A stretch of DNA of 63,086 nucleotides, the filler included, from Octopus bimaculoides (lineage: Eukaryota): the NCBI RefSeq assembly GCF_001194135.2. It is 5 parts of 5 records of this genome, joined end to end, with 100 filler letters (N's around TTAATTAATTAA, not from the genome) between each part and the next. Parts side by side here need not be neighbours in the genome. Positions count along the whole stretch, not along the records: positions 31,466 to 48,710 come from NC_069005.1; positions 48,811 to 55,628 come from NC_069010.1; 3 more parts are not named here. The stretch is one strand, 5' to 3'. Shown here piece after piece: positions 35,861 to 49,903 of the stretch. The position numbers were made by a program, and so were the translations under genes. Below the pieces are notes generated by a model. The model saw only the letters and a program-made list of their open reading frames with translations, made no database searches and was not told the DNA's origin. Position 1 is the first letter of the stretch. The number at the start of each line of letters is the position of its first letter.

Positions 35861-36440
35861 NNNNNNNNNNNNNNNNNNNNNNNNNNNNNNNNNNNNNNNN
35901 NNNNNNNNNNNNNNNNNNNNNNNNNNNNNNNNNNNNNNNNNNNNNNNNNNNNNNNNNNNNNNNNNNNNNNNNNNNNNNNNNNNNNNNNNNNNNNNNNNNN
36001 NNNNNNNNNNNNNNNNNNNNNNNNNNNNNNNNNNNNNNNNNNNNNNNNNNNNNNNNNNNNNNNNNNNNNNNNNNNNNNNNNNNNNNNNNNNNNNNNNNNN
36101 NNNNNNNNNNNNNNNNNNNNNNNNNNNNNNNNNNNNNNNNNNNNNNNNNNNNNNNNNNNNNNNNNNNNNNNNNNNNNNNNNNNNNNNNNNNNNNNNNNNN
36201 NNNNNNNNNNNNNNNNNNNNNNNNNNNNNNNNNNNNNNNNNNNNNNNNNNNNNNNNNNNNNNNNNNNNNNNNNNNNNNNNNNNNNNNNNNNNNNNNNNNN
36301 NNNNNNNNNNNNNNNNNNNNNNNNNNNNNNNNNNNNNNNNNNNNNNNNNNNNNNNNNNNNNNNNNNNNNNNNNNNNNNNNNNNNNNNNNNNNNNNNNNNN
36401 NNNNNNNNNNNNNNNNNNNNNNNNNNNNNNNNNNNNNNNN

Positions 36441-36491
<51 letters not shown>

Positions 36492-37054
36492 GCATGTATG
36501 TGTGTGTGTGTTGTAGTGTGCGTGTATATGTGTTCAGACACGCTCTCTGAAACTTACACGCCCACACCCACACATACACTCACATATATGTATATATGTG
36601 GTGACCTCATCTTGTCAGATGATAGTTATCACATCTTTCATTGTTCAGTCCCATCTCTGTTCCCTGTCATACGCCCATGTTCTGTGCACTGAAATGACTT
36701 TTAACATAAGCTGATGATCTTCTAAGTTTGGAGCAAATATGGCAACAAATCTGAGCATCGCTAGAAAATGGATAAAATGAAACGTTGAGACACTTGTAGA
36801 TCGGTTTGATTTGGAGTAACGTACACTCGTACGACACGTTTGGCACTCTCTAAGTATCCATTGTTAAATATCCAGTGACAAGCAGGAGCGAAATGACCGG
36901 AAACAATTTTGACAGTTCGTAGGAGTTTCAAATAGCTGTTTGTTTGTTTTTTTTCCAAGTGGTTACAGTAGCGCCTACGTTCATATTTGAATACTTCCAT
37001 ATCATTATGTAATTCAGAGAAGCACACACACACGCACACACACAAACACGCACG

Positions 37055-37125
<71 letters not shown>

Positions 37126-37524
37126 TTATATACAAACATACATACAATATACATATAAATATATGTATATCTATATTTGTATACACACACACACACACAC
37201 ACACAAACACACATATATACATACATTGCTCATCCATCAATCTAGCATCCATCCATCCATCCACACATACATACATGCATACATACATACATGCATACAT
37301 ACATACATGCATGCATACATACATACATACATGCATGCATACATACATACATATATACATGCATGCATACATACATATCCGATGGTTGTCTATATTGTAA
37401 TGCAAAAGTTGGTATACTGTTTTATTCACTGCCATTGTTCGTTCAAATTCCAGATATTTGGCAGAGCAACACTTCTAGTGTAACCCTTCTTTTTCTTCAT
37501 TATTTCAGGTATTTAATGGGTTTC

Positions 37525-37655
37525 CAAGCAGAAACAGGAAACTGTCATTAACTTCCTGAAGAAGTGGGTGCAGTCTGTTCACAAAGGCTACAGGTTGTTT
37601 ACGTTGATAACACCTTTAGCAAAAGCAACGTGCACAGATAGATGAAGAGGTGTAA
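37525..37655 (+). mobile_element. Mariner transposase N-terminal HTH relic
   Basis: KQETVINFL...RLQVVYVDNTFSKSNVHR*MKR resembles the mariner pattern QRAVIEFL...RL..VYG...S...V.RW.K.F (TAG for TGG). Confidence 0.5.
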
Positions 37656-37684
37656 CGAAGAGGATATCAGTAATTAAGACGGTG

Positions 37685-38170
37685 GGATTCTGCGTAAAGC
37701 ACGTCATATAACCCGTCATAATTGTATTTATGTTTTGAAACTTTCAGAAATTTTTTGCGAATTTGTGTTCTACACGTGCGAATTCATATGATTATACCCC
37801 CCACCCCGCTTTCTTTGTGTGTGTGATTTAAGAGCTATTTAGCTTGTTATCTTTAACACATCTCACGACCACCTAATACTCTCCTTGTTTCTTTGTCACT
37901 CTGACATATTGACGTTTTTCAAAATCTTTCTCTCCATAAACGCATTTAATAGTCTGTTGCTGGGATTTTAGCAAATGATTTGAAATGTCCGTATTTTAGA
38001 CACTGATTTTTTTAAAAATTCTGAAATTTTTTTTTGATATTTTTAAAAAAATTCCTTATACAGTCGTATCAATTCCTATGTGTAGAACTCAAATACACAA
38101 AAAATTTCTGAAAATCCCAAACAATAATAAAATTATGATGGGTTATATGGGGTGCGTTAAGCAGAGTTCC
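37685..38170. mobile_element. Inverted-repeat (MITE-like) element with ~110-bp imperfect arms, related to the interior of 11538-12000
   Basis: 37685-37795 is the reverse complement of ~38060-38170. Confidence 0.65.
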
Positions 38171-38292
38171 GCCATTATTGACAAATCAAATTGTAGAAGA
38201 CTGTCAACTGCAATCATTGACGTGAATCACTAACGAATGGACGAACCGATTCTCGTGGACATACATACATACATACATATGAACTATTGAGA

Positions 38293-38499
38293 AACCAACA
38301 GTTACTCTACCCAGATTACAAGTTCAGGTTTTTACCTGTAACCATATGGACACTGAGATATGAAACACACGACCTAAGTACCAATCTTGAGAAATTAAGC
38401 TTCTCAAAACCAGAATGGAGAAAGCTGATTCGAAGACTACAGATCCAAGCCATTACTGGAACTGTAAAAATTTGTAAAACTTTCCAGTTTATCAGTTAA
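38293..38499 (+). mobile_element. C-terminal relic of an RLE-type (R4/Dong-like) LINE
   Basis: Y..FRFLPVTIWTL...LEKL.F......LQIQAITGTVKICKTF resembles RLE C-termini (PV.IGALG...LQK.A..GT..I). Confidence 0.5.
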
Positions 38500-39429
38500 G
38501 TATATATGCGCATGTCTAGACATGATACTATATTCTTGAGAATACATTCATAAAATAAAACATACAAATCTGCACATGCACTGACCCCAAATACTGCACT
38601 GATGTCTAAACGAAGACTAGAGGGCCTTTCACTCTCAACCGTAGGATGGCCGTCGACTCTACTGATACCATCCACTCTTTAACAAGTTCGGCTGTTAAGT
38701 CGCTGCTGGACATCTATAACTGAGGCGCCCATAACAGGGCGAAATCATGAGATCTGGCGGTTCCGGTGGTTGCAGCAGACGGTTCTCAACGGTCAACCAT
38801 ATAGATTAGAGTGCTTTTATACACCACGGATCCATATGAGAATCCTCTCTCAAGGTAAATAACGCAGCATTCTGTGTTCTAACTCAACTTTCACATTAAA
38901 TTGGCAAGCAAGATTGCCTTTATATATATATATATATAGTAGAATAATAAAAAGAAAGTTCTTGGTATAGTATCATATATTTGAAAAAATTGAGTAGCGA
39001 TGGCTTTTTAAGGGATAATTTTTATTCTAATAATAATGTTTACAGTGAGAGACTCTGCTACTGAAAAACCGTATGTTTACAAGCGTACACACAAAAAAAT
39101 ATACACAAAAAAGGGAAGATATATTTTTTTGTGTGTATACTTGTAACAAAATTGTTTTTGTTATTTAAGCAACCAGTAAAACATACATCTTTCAGTTTGA
39201 AAACTGCTATTGGAAGATTTGATACTAATATCAAAGTCACACACTGTAAACATTATTATTAAAATTAAAATTATCTCCAAAAAGCCATCTCTACTCAGTT
39301 TTTCAAACATATATATATATATATGTATGTATATGTACGTACATACATACACACACAAAAGTACATATATATATATACCTCGGTACATAATACGTATGCA
39401 CATTAACGCATATGTACATAAAAAAAAAT

Positions 39430-39751
39430 TGGTATTGCGTCGGTTATGACGACGAGGGTTCCAGTTCATCCGGTCAACGGAAGAGCCTGCTCGGGATATT
39501 AACATACAAGTAGTTGAGTACTCCGCACACATACATACACTTCACGTAGCTCTCAGGGAGTTTCAGTGTGACACGGAATGTGACTAGACTGGCCCTTTGA
39601 ATTACAGGTACACCTCATTTTTTTCCAGCTGAGTAGACTGAAGCAACGGGAAATAAAGCGTGTTGCTTAAGGACACAACGCGCCGCTGGGAATCGAACAC
39701 ACGACCTTACGATTGTGGGCCGAAATCTCCAAACAATAAACTACGCGTTTT
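39430..39751 (-). mobile_element. SINE family B
   Basis: Reverse complement collinear with 14740-15060. Confidence 0.8.
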
Positions 39752-40379
39752 CATACATACATACATACATACATACAAACGTTCGTTCGTACGCGCCTAT
39801 CATCAAAATGTGTGTATGCGTGAGCACACATCATTTGAAAGAGGTATACAGATTGCGGGATTACATAAATGTAATCAAAGGTTATTGTCCGATGTACATA
39901 GTTTGTGGACATGGTTTTGTGAACTAATACCGCAGGTTAAGCCAGGATTTAGAAATCTTTACCTCGAGGTGGTCTTCAATGACGCACGGATTTCCGCCAG
40001 GATCACTATAACACTCCGGTGGTCTAAACCAAACAAGTAGAACATAAATAACAATCGAAATAAAACAAACAAAATAACGAATAAACTAAAAGTAGTTTCC
40101 TAAATCTTAAGATTATACAGCAGCCGTCAGCCGTACCGATATCTTATAGACCCACCACACCAACAATAAACATTGACAATAAAAGAGGGTCCTACGTGGT
40201 CATATAGCCTGCTAGAAATAGCAGCGAAATTTCCTTTATAGCACAGGCTATCGTCTAAAAACACAACGGAGGCACTGAATAATAATAATAAGGATGGTGA
40301 TAATAATAAGGATGATAAAAATAACAACAACAACAACAACAACAATAACAGCAGCAGCAGCAACAATAATAATAATGGT

Positions 40380-40576
40380 TCCAAATTTTCCACAAGGGCA
40401 GCAATTTTGGGGAGGGGATGAGTCGATTACATCGACGCCAGTGTTCAACTGGTATTTATTTTGTCGACTCCGGAAGGTCTGAGTTCAAATTCCGCCAAAG
40501 TTGACTTTGGCGGAATTTGAGCTCAGAACTTAAAAACTGATGAAAAGCCGCTAAGCATTTTGCCCAGCCCACCGCC

Positions 40577-40579
<3 letters not shown>
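40380..40579 (-). mobile_element. SINE family E (rearranged)
   Basis: Family E boxes, partly inverted internally. Confidence 0.65.
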
Positions 40580-40616
<37 letters not shown>

Positions 40617-41132
40617 TAACAATAATAATAATAATAATAATAACAAGTAAATAGTAGTTTCCTAAACAATAGATCCATTTATTTCATGAATATACCAACA
40701 TTAGCGCCGCTGAGGGTAATATTCTCTGGGAACGCACAAAAGCTCTTTTAAGAGATATTTACACTTTGAATTGTTATCTCATATCTGATTAGCCTGTTAT
40801 TACGTAACATGCTTCACGATTTTAGTATACATACCTTATTAATATTTCCTCCTATGTTCTATATACTCTGGGAACATATTAAAGCCCTTTTCGGGGCTAC
40901 TTTATTTGAATTCTTACTATCGGGTAACTAATTTCATATTATTACACAACTGATTTCACAATTTGGGCATTCATAGCTTATTGGGAATTCCTAAAAATAA
41001 GATCCTGTGTAAGACAGTTCGGTATTCTCTGTAAATGCACAAAAGCCGTTTTAAGGGCTACATACTTTGTATTGTTGTCATTGGCTTAGCGAAACAATTA
41101 TGAGAACGGAACCAAGGGATAAACCCTGCTTT

Positions 41133-41161
41133 CCCGGAAGTTACCGGGTGCGTTGGCTAGT
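41133..41161 (+). mobile_element. Possible Helitron 3' end
   Basis: CCCGG-AAGTTA-CCGGG hairpin, 8 nt, then CTAG followed by T. Confidence 0.35.
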
Positions 41162-41925
41162 ACTTAAATAAACGAAAATAATTATGAAATCTAGACTTCC
41201 AAATTGTAGCAGATGAGCCTATGTAATACTACTTATTATCACCTTACATTAAAAGACTGTATTTTTTCCTTAAACACTGATTTTCTAAAGGACAGACAAA
41301 TTTGTTTTTGAAATTACACATGCATTTATTCAATTGCATTTGATAAGCATGGTTAAAAGAATTCCTACTCGTCCTACTCTCATAATTAGGTGTTAAGGCA
41401 GGATTATTATTGTTATTATCATAATTAATATTAAAACTAGGTGTTAACTTAACTTTATTATCAGAGTCGGAATTACTTTTGCTTAAAGAATCGAAATCTA
41501 GTTAAGGTAAATTATCATTAGAGTTAATTTCACAATATACATTGTCGATTCTAACTCTTGTCTAAGGGTTTTGAGATGAGATATTTCCTAATTTTCTGTT
41601 TATTATGTGCTGCTATAATCTCAGCTAAATTTCTAGTGGCTGAATACGAAAATTTAATGCTATGGTGGTTAGATAATTTCCCATATTACTTAAAGGTGGG
41701 AAATACTTATCTAGTGGTGCAAAGAATTTTTCGAATAATATTGGTAGCTATTGAGTATGTGAATGGTACATTATACCATGTAATATTCCTTGATTTATTT
41801 TTTCTATAATTTATATATGCGCTTTTCTTAGTATTGACATTATTAATATTGTACTGCAGAGTTGGGTTTTTAATCCCTATTTTCTTCTGATACACACACA
41901 CACACACACACATACATACATATAC

Positions 41926-41963
<38 letters not shown>

Positions 41964-42389
41964 GCCTAAAAGTAATAATGACAATACTTCTGCTGAATTA
42001 TTTTTTAAAGTTTTCAATTTTGATGCTAAACATGAAATTATATAAAGATTGAAAGTAACACAAAGCAACGCAAACAGTATAGAAAGCAACACAAACATTG
42101 GTAAAAAAACGAAAAAATGTTATGATAAAAGCAAGCAGATCGGTACTGTAATTTCGGTAAGGCTTTATCTCTTTCTCTTATCATGATTGAGAGGAATATC
42201 TTTAAGTTGCTTAGAAGACCGTAAGCAGAAACACTGGTCTGTAGAAGACACTGTCATGTAAAAAGCTTAAAACCTGTTTTCCCGATGAATAGAAACTAAA
42301 TTTAAAGATACCAGCATAACATTTATAACAAGTAACATTTAAAATCTAGAAGGGGATTTTAAAATGTTAAAATAACAGAAGCTGCAAGA

Positions 42390-42620
42390 GGACATGAAAA
42401 CGCTGCCTCCAGTTTTGCAAAAGTATTGTGGAATACTGAACGAAACGATTATGATTATTGTCAAATATTTAATGTTCATGGGATTGGCGTTACTAGAAAA
42501 AAAAAGTTTCTTTGGCAAACCATGAAGCATCGCCAGCTGGATATAAAATATAAAAGATCGTATTACAGTTGTATTTGTAGATAATGTTGAAGGTGAATTT
42601 AAATTAGTCTTTAAACGCTT
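42390..42620 (+). mobile_element. Tigger/pogo DDE transposase relic
   Basis: CQIFNVHGIG (cf. QIFN.DETG) and KDRITVVFVDNVEGEFKL (cf. KDRITV...NA.G..KL). Confidence 0.65.
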
Positions 42621-42679
42621 TAAAAAGGTTTCAACAATGGTCACTTGGCATACAAATAAAAAAAAGTCACCATAATAGG

Positions 42680-42990
42680 TGCAGGCGTGGCTGTGTGGTA
42701 AGAAGCTTGCTTCTCAACCACATGGTCAAGGGTTTGGTCCAGGGTCTGGTCCCACTGCGAGGCACATTGGGCAAGTGTCTTATACTATAGCCTCGAGCTG
42801 ACCAAAGCCTTGTGAGTGAATCTAGTAGACGTCCCTATAACTTAGCGGTTCGGCAAAAGAGACCGTTAGAATACTACCAGGCTTTAAAAAATAAATCCTG
42901 GGGTCGATTTTATTCGGCTAAAATCGTTCAAGGTGGTGCCCCAGTATGGCCGCAGTCAAAAAGTGATTGAAACAAGTAAAGGATAAAAGA
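42680..42990 (+). mobile_element. SINE family C (internally deleted)
   Basis: GGTGCAGGCGTGGCTGTGTGGTAAG head to AAACAAGTAAAGGA tail. Confidence 0.85.
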
Positions 42991-43305
42991 TATTAGTTTT
43001 TTAAAACTGGTTTATGACTTATTTTTCTTCAGCAGTGAAAGCTCATTGCAAATTAGATATTTTAGCTTTCAATGTTCATTTCCTTCCAGACATTGCCTCT
43101 GGGCATCCAAACTCACTTAATAACTTATATGATACCGTGAAAATTTGTTTTCTTACCGCATATACAACTTTATCCATGCAGCTTAATGACCAGAATATTA
43201 TATCTTCTTTCAAATCTCATTTTATTAGAAGTTTCGCAAAAGTAGTTAGTTACGACTGTTAGATTTCGAGAATTTTGGAAGAATTTCAATATTAAGCACT
43301 CTATT

Positions 43306-43520
43306 AAGGCGGCGAGTTAGCAGAACCGTTAGCATGTCGGGAAATTTTCTTAGTGGCGTTTTGTCAGTCACGTTCTGAGTTCAAATTCCACCGAGATCGG
43401 CTTTGCCTTTCATCCTTTCATGGTCGATAAAAAAAGTACCACTTGAACACTGGAGCCGATGTAATCGGCTTACATCCCTGCCCCCTGAAATTTGCTGGCC
43501 TTATGCCAAAATTTGATGCC
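43306..43520 (+). mobile_element. SINE family E
   Basis: AAGGCGGCGAG head, GCCTTTCATCCTTTC box. Confidence 0.82.
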
Positions 43521-44371
43521 AATATTAAGCAATCTATTAGTAGTAGTTATTTGAAGAGAGAAGCATCAGGATTGTCTGGACAAAAAACTTTTATCTGGAA
43601 GTGGTAATGGGTTTCTAGGCTATGAAATTCCTGTGAATAGTGTTACTGAAGAAATTTTTGCCATTTCAAAAGTCTTAAGTTTTAAGGATATTCCTTAAGC
43701 AAACGTTCAAGAATTACTGTCCATACCCAAATGACTTGAGTAAAGTAAAAATAACAAAGTGCATACATCAAAATAAAAATCGAAAGAATCTACCGAAGAC
43801 AAAAATGATTCAAACGTAACAACATATTTATGGGAAGCAACCATTTCATTGTACTTCATTCTTTGGATTTCCTGCGGGCGCTCCTTTGTATTCATGATCC
43901 TCTTTCATTTGACCTAGATATTTTAAATTTTTGGTGTATTTCTAATGTCTAACGACAGACATTGATGTGTATGAGTTTTTTTTTCNNNNNNNNNNNNNNN
44001 NNNNNNNNNNNNNNNNNNNTCCTTTGTATTCATGATCCTCTTTCATTTGACCTAGATATTTTAAATTTTTGGTGTATTTCTAATGTCTAACGACAGACAT
44101 TGATGTGTATGAGTTTTTTTTTCTCAAATGTAATTCTGGAGAATTAAAGAATTTACCTGATCTTGTAATAGGGTAGAATGAGTAATATTTACTGCATTTT
44201 TGATTTTCGGGGAAAAAAGTACACGTTTTACAAATGATCATTACCTTACAAAAACGATATCAGCTAAGCAAATGACCGTCTTAAATGCATTAAAAACACT
44301 ATAACATATTCAATGAACTGTTTCAGAAAATTATCAGCGTTCTCTTTGAGCATATAAAACGCAAATTTAGA

Positions 44372-44694
44372 TGGGGCAAAATGAGTAAGACAAGATCAGG
44401 TAAATTTACTTCTTTAATTCTCCAGAGTTACATTTGAGACATCAATGTCTGTCCTTAGACATCAGAAAGATCAGAAATACACCAAAAATTAAAAATGTGC
44501 AGAACAAATGAAAGAGGATCATAAAAAATAGCACATGATGTGAAGCTAATGAAACACGACTAAAAACGCAACGTAAAATATTCTCTATAACTTCTTCACG
44601 ATCTGCTGGACTGTCTCTCTTCCCGATATATTTACGCTCCATGGGAATTAAAGAGAAGAGATTATTGAAGTTAATCATTACTCATTTTGCCCCA
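44372..44694. mobile_element. Segment bounded by a perfect 17-bp inverted repeat TGGGGCAAAATGAGTAA; part of a decayed DNA-transposon cluster
   Basis: 44372-44388 and 44678-44694; third copy at 45029-45045; longer inverted repeat 44032-44166/44390-44522. Confidence 0.5.
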
Positions 44695-45731
44695 GTTAAG
44701 ACATTATTTTTTGAAAAATTAAAAATTATCTAATTATACATTAGTGTAGGAAAAATTGAATTAGAAAACAACAGAGACAAGAATATTGATTGTTAAACAC
44801 CAAAAATTATCCAGATATTTTATTAGCAACCTCAATTACAACAGGGTCAGACATGAAGAAAATCTTGAAAAGTTCCTGTTTCTTTACTGTTTAAAACTAT
44901 CTCAACTTCAACAACTATGCTGACCAATTTTGACTCCGAAAGATGATACGAGAGTACAAAATGATGATGCAATACTTGTAGTGTAATGGTTTCAAACTAG
45001 CAGAAAAAAAATAACAAGAAATCAGAAATTATTCATTTTGCCCCAGTTACCAATCCCCCACCCTAACCCTTATATAAATGAAGTCATTGTTATAGTACTT
45101 GAAGTTGTCTCCATTCTGTATACATACACAACACGACCGTAGTCTAATGACTAAAACAAGAGACTAAAAGAATATATATAAAACAATGCATACATACATA
45201 CATACATACATACATGGATGGATGAATGGACAGACGGACAGTCAAACAGACAGACACAGACACACATACACACACATATAGATATATATATATATATATA
45301 GATAGATAGATAGATAGATAGATAAATAGATAGACAGATAGATAGACAGATAGATAGACAGATAGATAGACAGATAGATAGATAGACAGATATGAATACC
45401 TATATGTGGGGAGGAGCGTGCGTGTGCGTCAAAAGGTTTGCACAACAAAAATGACAAAGATATGGATTAAGAATATACGAAGAAAATTGTAACAAACGGA
45501 TAAAATACACAAGCCATTAAAATGCTTAAGGGATGCCCGAATTACTCGTGTGTATATGTATGTATGAGTGCGTGTATCTGCATGGATATGTGTATGCATA
45601 CATGTATGTATATATGTATGTACGTATGTATGTATGCATGTATGTATGCATGGATGGATGGATGTACCAGTACAAATACATTATCACACATGCATGTAAC
45701 AGCGGCGTACGTATGTGTCGGCTTTCTATTT

Positions 45732-45768
<37 letters not shown>

Positions 45769-46536
45769 CACACATGTATAAATATATAAATATATATACA
45801 TAGTCTCTGGATGCTGGCTTTGCTGGGTGGAGGTGCTCATCTCCCCTGTTTGAAAACTTAGACACAGAACGCTTGTATGACGTAGCCAACTGGAAACTTT
45901 ACATGTACCATGTCCTCGTGTTGTTGTGTTTGTTTCTTTTTTTTGGTGGGGGGATTTACTATATATATATATATATATATATATATNNNNNNNNNNNNNN
46001 NNNNNNNNNNNNNNNNNNNNNNNNNNNNNNNNNNNNNNNNNNNNNNNNNNNNNNNNNNNNNNNNNNNNNNNNNNNNNNNNNNNNNNTGGGGATATTTTGT
46101 TGCATTTCCAAACACAATGCTCTGCGAAAACAAAATAGCATTATATGTACCTTTCCAAAATGAAAAAAACTTTTTTGTAACTTTAATTTATTTGCCTTTT
46201 ATTAAACCTACAAATGTGTCAGATCATTTTGCCGGACCCTATATATATCAGTTGAAATGAAGTTAAAACATGGTCTGGTTTTCCTGTTTTTTTATTATGG
46301 TATTTTGACATTCAAAAAAATATTTTGTAATGCTCATAAAGTTAAATTAGCGCTTTCATACATAGAGTAATCATCAGATTTCAAATGTGTTTAACTGACA
46401 GTNNNNNNNNNNAGATTTCAAATGTGTTTAACTGACAGTTGAGTTCTTGACAACTGTAGTACCTGTTAGAACGCTCCATCAACTTAAACATCACGGATGT
46501 CAGGCATACCGATATTCTGTAATTTATTTGTATTCA

Positions 46537-46641
46537 TGGCCGCAGTGGCTGTGTGGTAAAAAGCTATCCTCCCAGCCACATAGTTCTGTGTTCAGTCCTA
46601 CTGCGTGGCACCTTGAGCAAGTGTCTTCTGCTATAGCCTCA
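46537..46641 (+). mobile_element. SINE family C head, followed by a TTAA-CCCTT (piggyBac-like) terminus at 46645
   Basis: Family C head and box; TTAACCCTTTATGGACC immediately after. Confidence 0.55.
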
Positions 46642-47804
46642 TCATTAACCCTTTATGGACCGGCGGGTTCCCTTGGGACCCCAGCAAATTTTAAAAGTTA
46701 TGCAACTTTTACATTTTTTTATTTAAATGATTTTATATCTAATAAGTTTTATTGTCAATAGTTTATGTATTCACATACAAATTTTGAGTTAAAAATTTCC
46801 AGTCATATCGGTGTTATAGCATAAAATATGGTCATTGGGGCCAACTGGACCCCATAGGTCTGCTGTAAAATTATTTCTTTCCGTTCCTTTTTCAGATATT
46901 CCGATGAACTATAAGTCTATTTTCTTTGTATTTGTTCTGGCATGAATCGATATACTAAATAATTTTGTTTTATATTTAGTGCTATATTTAGTGCTATAAA
47001 AAATGTTGATTTCTTTCAATAAAGTTTTTTTTTTTTTTTTCAGTCAATAAATTATATTTTGATTCCCATCCATTAAACGCTAATAGTTTATGGATAGTAC
47101 GGAAATGCGNNNNNNNNNNNNNNNNNNNNNNNNNNNNNNNNNNNNNNNNNNNNNNNNNNNNNNNNNNNNNNNNNNNNNNNNNNNNNNNNNNNNNNNNNNN
47201 NNNNNNNNNNNNNNNNNNNNNNNNNNNNNNNNNNNNNNNNNNNNNNNNNNNNNNNNNNNNNNNNNNNNNNNNNNNNNNNNNNNNNNNNNNNNNNNNNNNN
47301 NNNNNNNNNNNNNNNNNNNNNNNNNNNNNNNNNNNNNNNNNNNNNNNNNNNNNNNNNNNNNNNNNNNNNNNNNNNNNNNNNNNNNNNNNNNNNNNNNNNN
47401 NNNNNNNNNNNNNNNNNNNNNNNNNNNNNNNNNNNNNNNNNNNNNNNNNNNNNNNNNNNNNNNNNNNNNNNNNNNNNNNNNNNNNNNNNNNNNNNNNNNN
47501 NNNNNNNNNNNNNNNNNNNNNNNNNNNNNNNNNNNNNNNNNNNNNNNNNNNNNNNNNNNNNNNNNNNNNNNNNNNNNNNNNNNNNNNNNNNNNNNNNNNN
47601 NNNNNNNNNNNNNNNNNNNNNNNNNNNNNNNNNNNNNNNNNNNNNNNNNNNNNNNNNNNNNNNNNNNNNNNNNNNNNNNNNNNNNNNNNNNNNNNNNNNN
47701 NNNNNNNNNNNNNNNNNNNNNNNNNNNNNNNNNNNNNNNNNNNNNNNNNNNNNNNNNNNNNNNNNNNNNNNNNNNNNNNNNNNNNNNNNNNNNNNNNNNN
47801 NNNN

Positions 47805-47868
<64 letters not shown>

Positions 47869-47958
47869 ATGCGATGAACTTGTACTTTTGTTTGATAATC
47901 ACACTGACGCACAAACACACACGTACACATAATTATACATATATATTCGCGCACGCGT

Positions 47959-48001
<43 letters not shown>

Positions 48002-48007
48002 AACTGA

Positions 48008-48150
48008 CACTCCGCCGGTTACGTCGACGTAGATTCCAGATGATCCGATCAACGGATCAGCTTACTCGGGAGATTAACATGCAGGTGGCTGAGCACTCCA
48101 CAGACACGCGTACACTTAACATAGTTCTCAGAGAGATTCAGCGTGAGCCG
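48008..48150 (-). mobile_element. SINE A/B 3' fragment
   Basis: Reverse complement of the shared 3' body. Confidence 0.75.
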
Positions 48151-48466
48151 AATACCCTGACAATTTAGCCATACGCCTTCACAAACACACACATATTTAC
48201 GCACAAATACACACACACATGCGCACACACAAAACATTTATATACACATATACATGTGTATGTGTATATACGCACAAAAGCACACACACACGCACAAACA
48301 CATATATACATATATGTATTCACACACACACGCACACACAAACGCATATATACACAAATATATATATGTATTCGCGCACACACACACACACACAAACATA
48401 CATACATATACAAAGATATATATTCACACACACACACACACAAATACATATATACATATATGTATT

Positions 48467-48503
<37 letters not shown>

Positions 48504-48810
48504 ACGCACACACACACACGCTGGGTTCGCTCAATGCGCGACAATTGGTTTCGGTTCTTATTCGTAATAATATTAATCTCCTACCGTTGCGTAACCCCAC
48601 ACTGCACTATGCGGTCTCCAGAAGTATCAAAACGTAATTTAAAGCGCACATCAATAATAAGAGAAACGGCAAGGGATTGATCCTGCTATTCCTTTCTTTA
48701 TATTACATACNNNNNNNNNNNNNNNNNNNNNNNNNNNNNNNNNNNNNNNNNNNNTTAATTAATTAANNNNNNNNNNNNNNNNNNNNNNNNNNNNNNNNNN
48801 NNNNNNNNNN

Positions 48811-48853
48811 GAGGTGTGGTGGTGCCATGGTACATCATGACCCCTCCTGAAAA
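48811..48853 (+). CDS. Candidate upstream coding exon of the alpha-kinase gene (5' part lost in gap)
   Basis: Open frame GVVVPWYIMTPPE-AA|GTAAGA; phase 2 fits the phase-2 acceptor at 49903. Confidence 0.25.
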
Positions 48854-49839
48854 GTAAGAAGGGGAGGAGGAGGAAGGTGGAGTGGTTGGGGTGGGGGCTG
48901 GAATTCCCTGGTCTCCCAAAAAATGTTTATGCCATGGAAGGCTTGGGCCTTGAAACAGTCACAGAAGGGAAGGGAGTTTCTCATACCACCACCACCAACA
49001 ACAACAACAACAACAACAAAAACCAGTTTAAACTGCTTTCTCGAAGACCCAAGGAAGAAAAGGCAGAGTAAGGGCTTAGAAAGGGAAACTGATGCATGGT
49101 TTTAAGAAAATTTAGGGATCTATGGGTTGGTGGAAAGCTTAGTTTGGGATTCTTGACGTTGTGGGGTTAATGTCACATACATACACACACACACATGCAC
49201 ACACACACACACACATATATATAGAACTGAAACCATATGTGTGCATGTGTGTGTGCACAGCAGGACTGAACCTAGAACCATGTGGTTGGGAAGCAAACTA
49301 CTTGCCGCAGGGCCATGCCACACACGCACACACGTACACACATGCACACACATATATAGAACTAAAACCTTGAGTGCGTGTGTGTGTGTACATATGTGTG
49401 TGTGTACATGTGCATCTGTGTACATATCTGTGTGTGCGTACATATGTGTGTGTGTATATATGTGTGTGTACATGTGTGTGTGTTTATGTGTGTGTATATT
49501 TAACCTGCAAGCTTTATCTGGAAGTCTCAAAACCTAATGACAAATATATACCTGTTAATTATGATGAAAGTCCTTCAGATTAATTATGCAAACATAAGGT
49601 GTGTGTATCTTCGTTTCGCTTATGTTTCTCTAATACGCCCCACCCTACCCCACGGAGTTATGTCTCCGCCACTTCTGCCACTCCTCTATTGTTCATTGAT
49701 TTCCATGAAAAAGACTTTTAATGAAGCCATTTTCTGAACATAGCTTTTTTCTGAGAAATCAAACAATATCATTTGTGTGCACCCGTGTGTATGTATGTGT
49801 GTGTGTCTATGTGTGTGTGTGTGTATGTATGTGTGTCTA

Positions 49840-49870
<31 letters not shown>

Positions 49871-49903
49871 GTTATTATTGTTATTATTTTCTTTTCATTT
49901 CAG

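Noticed and set aside
36761-36990. Non-repetitive tail of the 224-aa minus-strand ORF (SGHFAPACHWIFNNGY...)
   Set aside because: No recognisable motif or convincing splice sites; the ORF's length comes from microsatellites.
43882-44123. Exact 104-bp direct repeat flanking a short N gap (also 27 bp at 46376/46413)
   Set aside because: Typical unmerged contig overlap across a gap.
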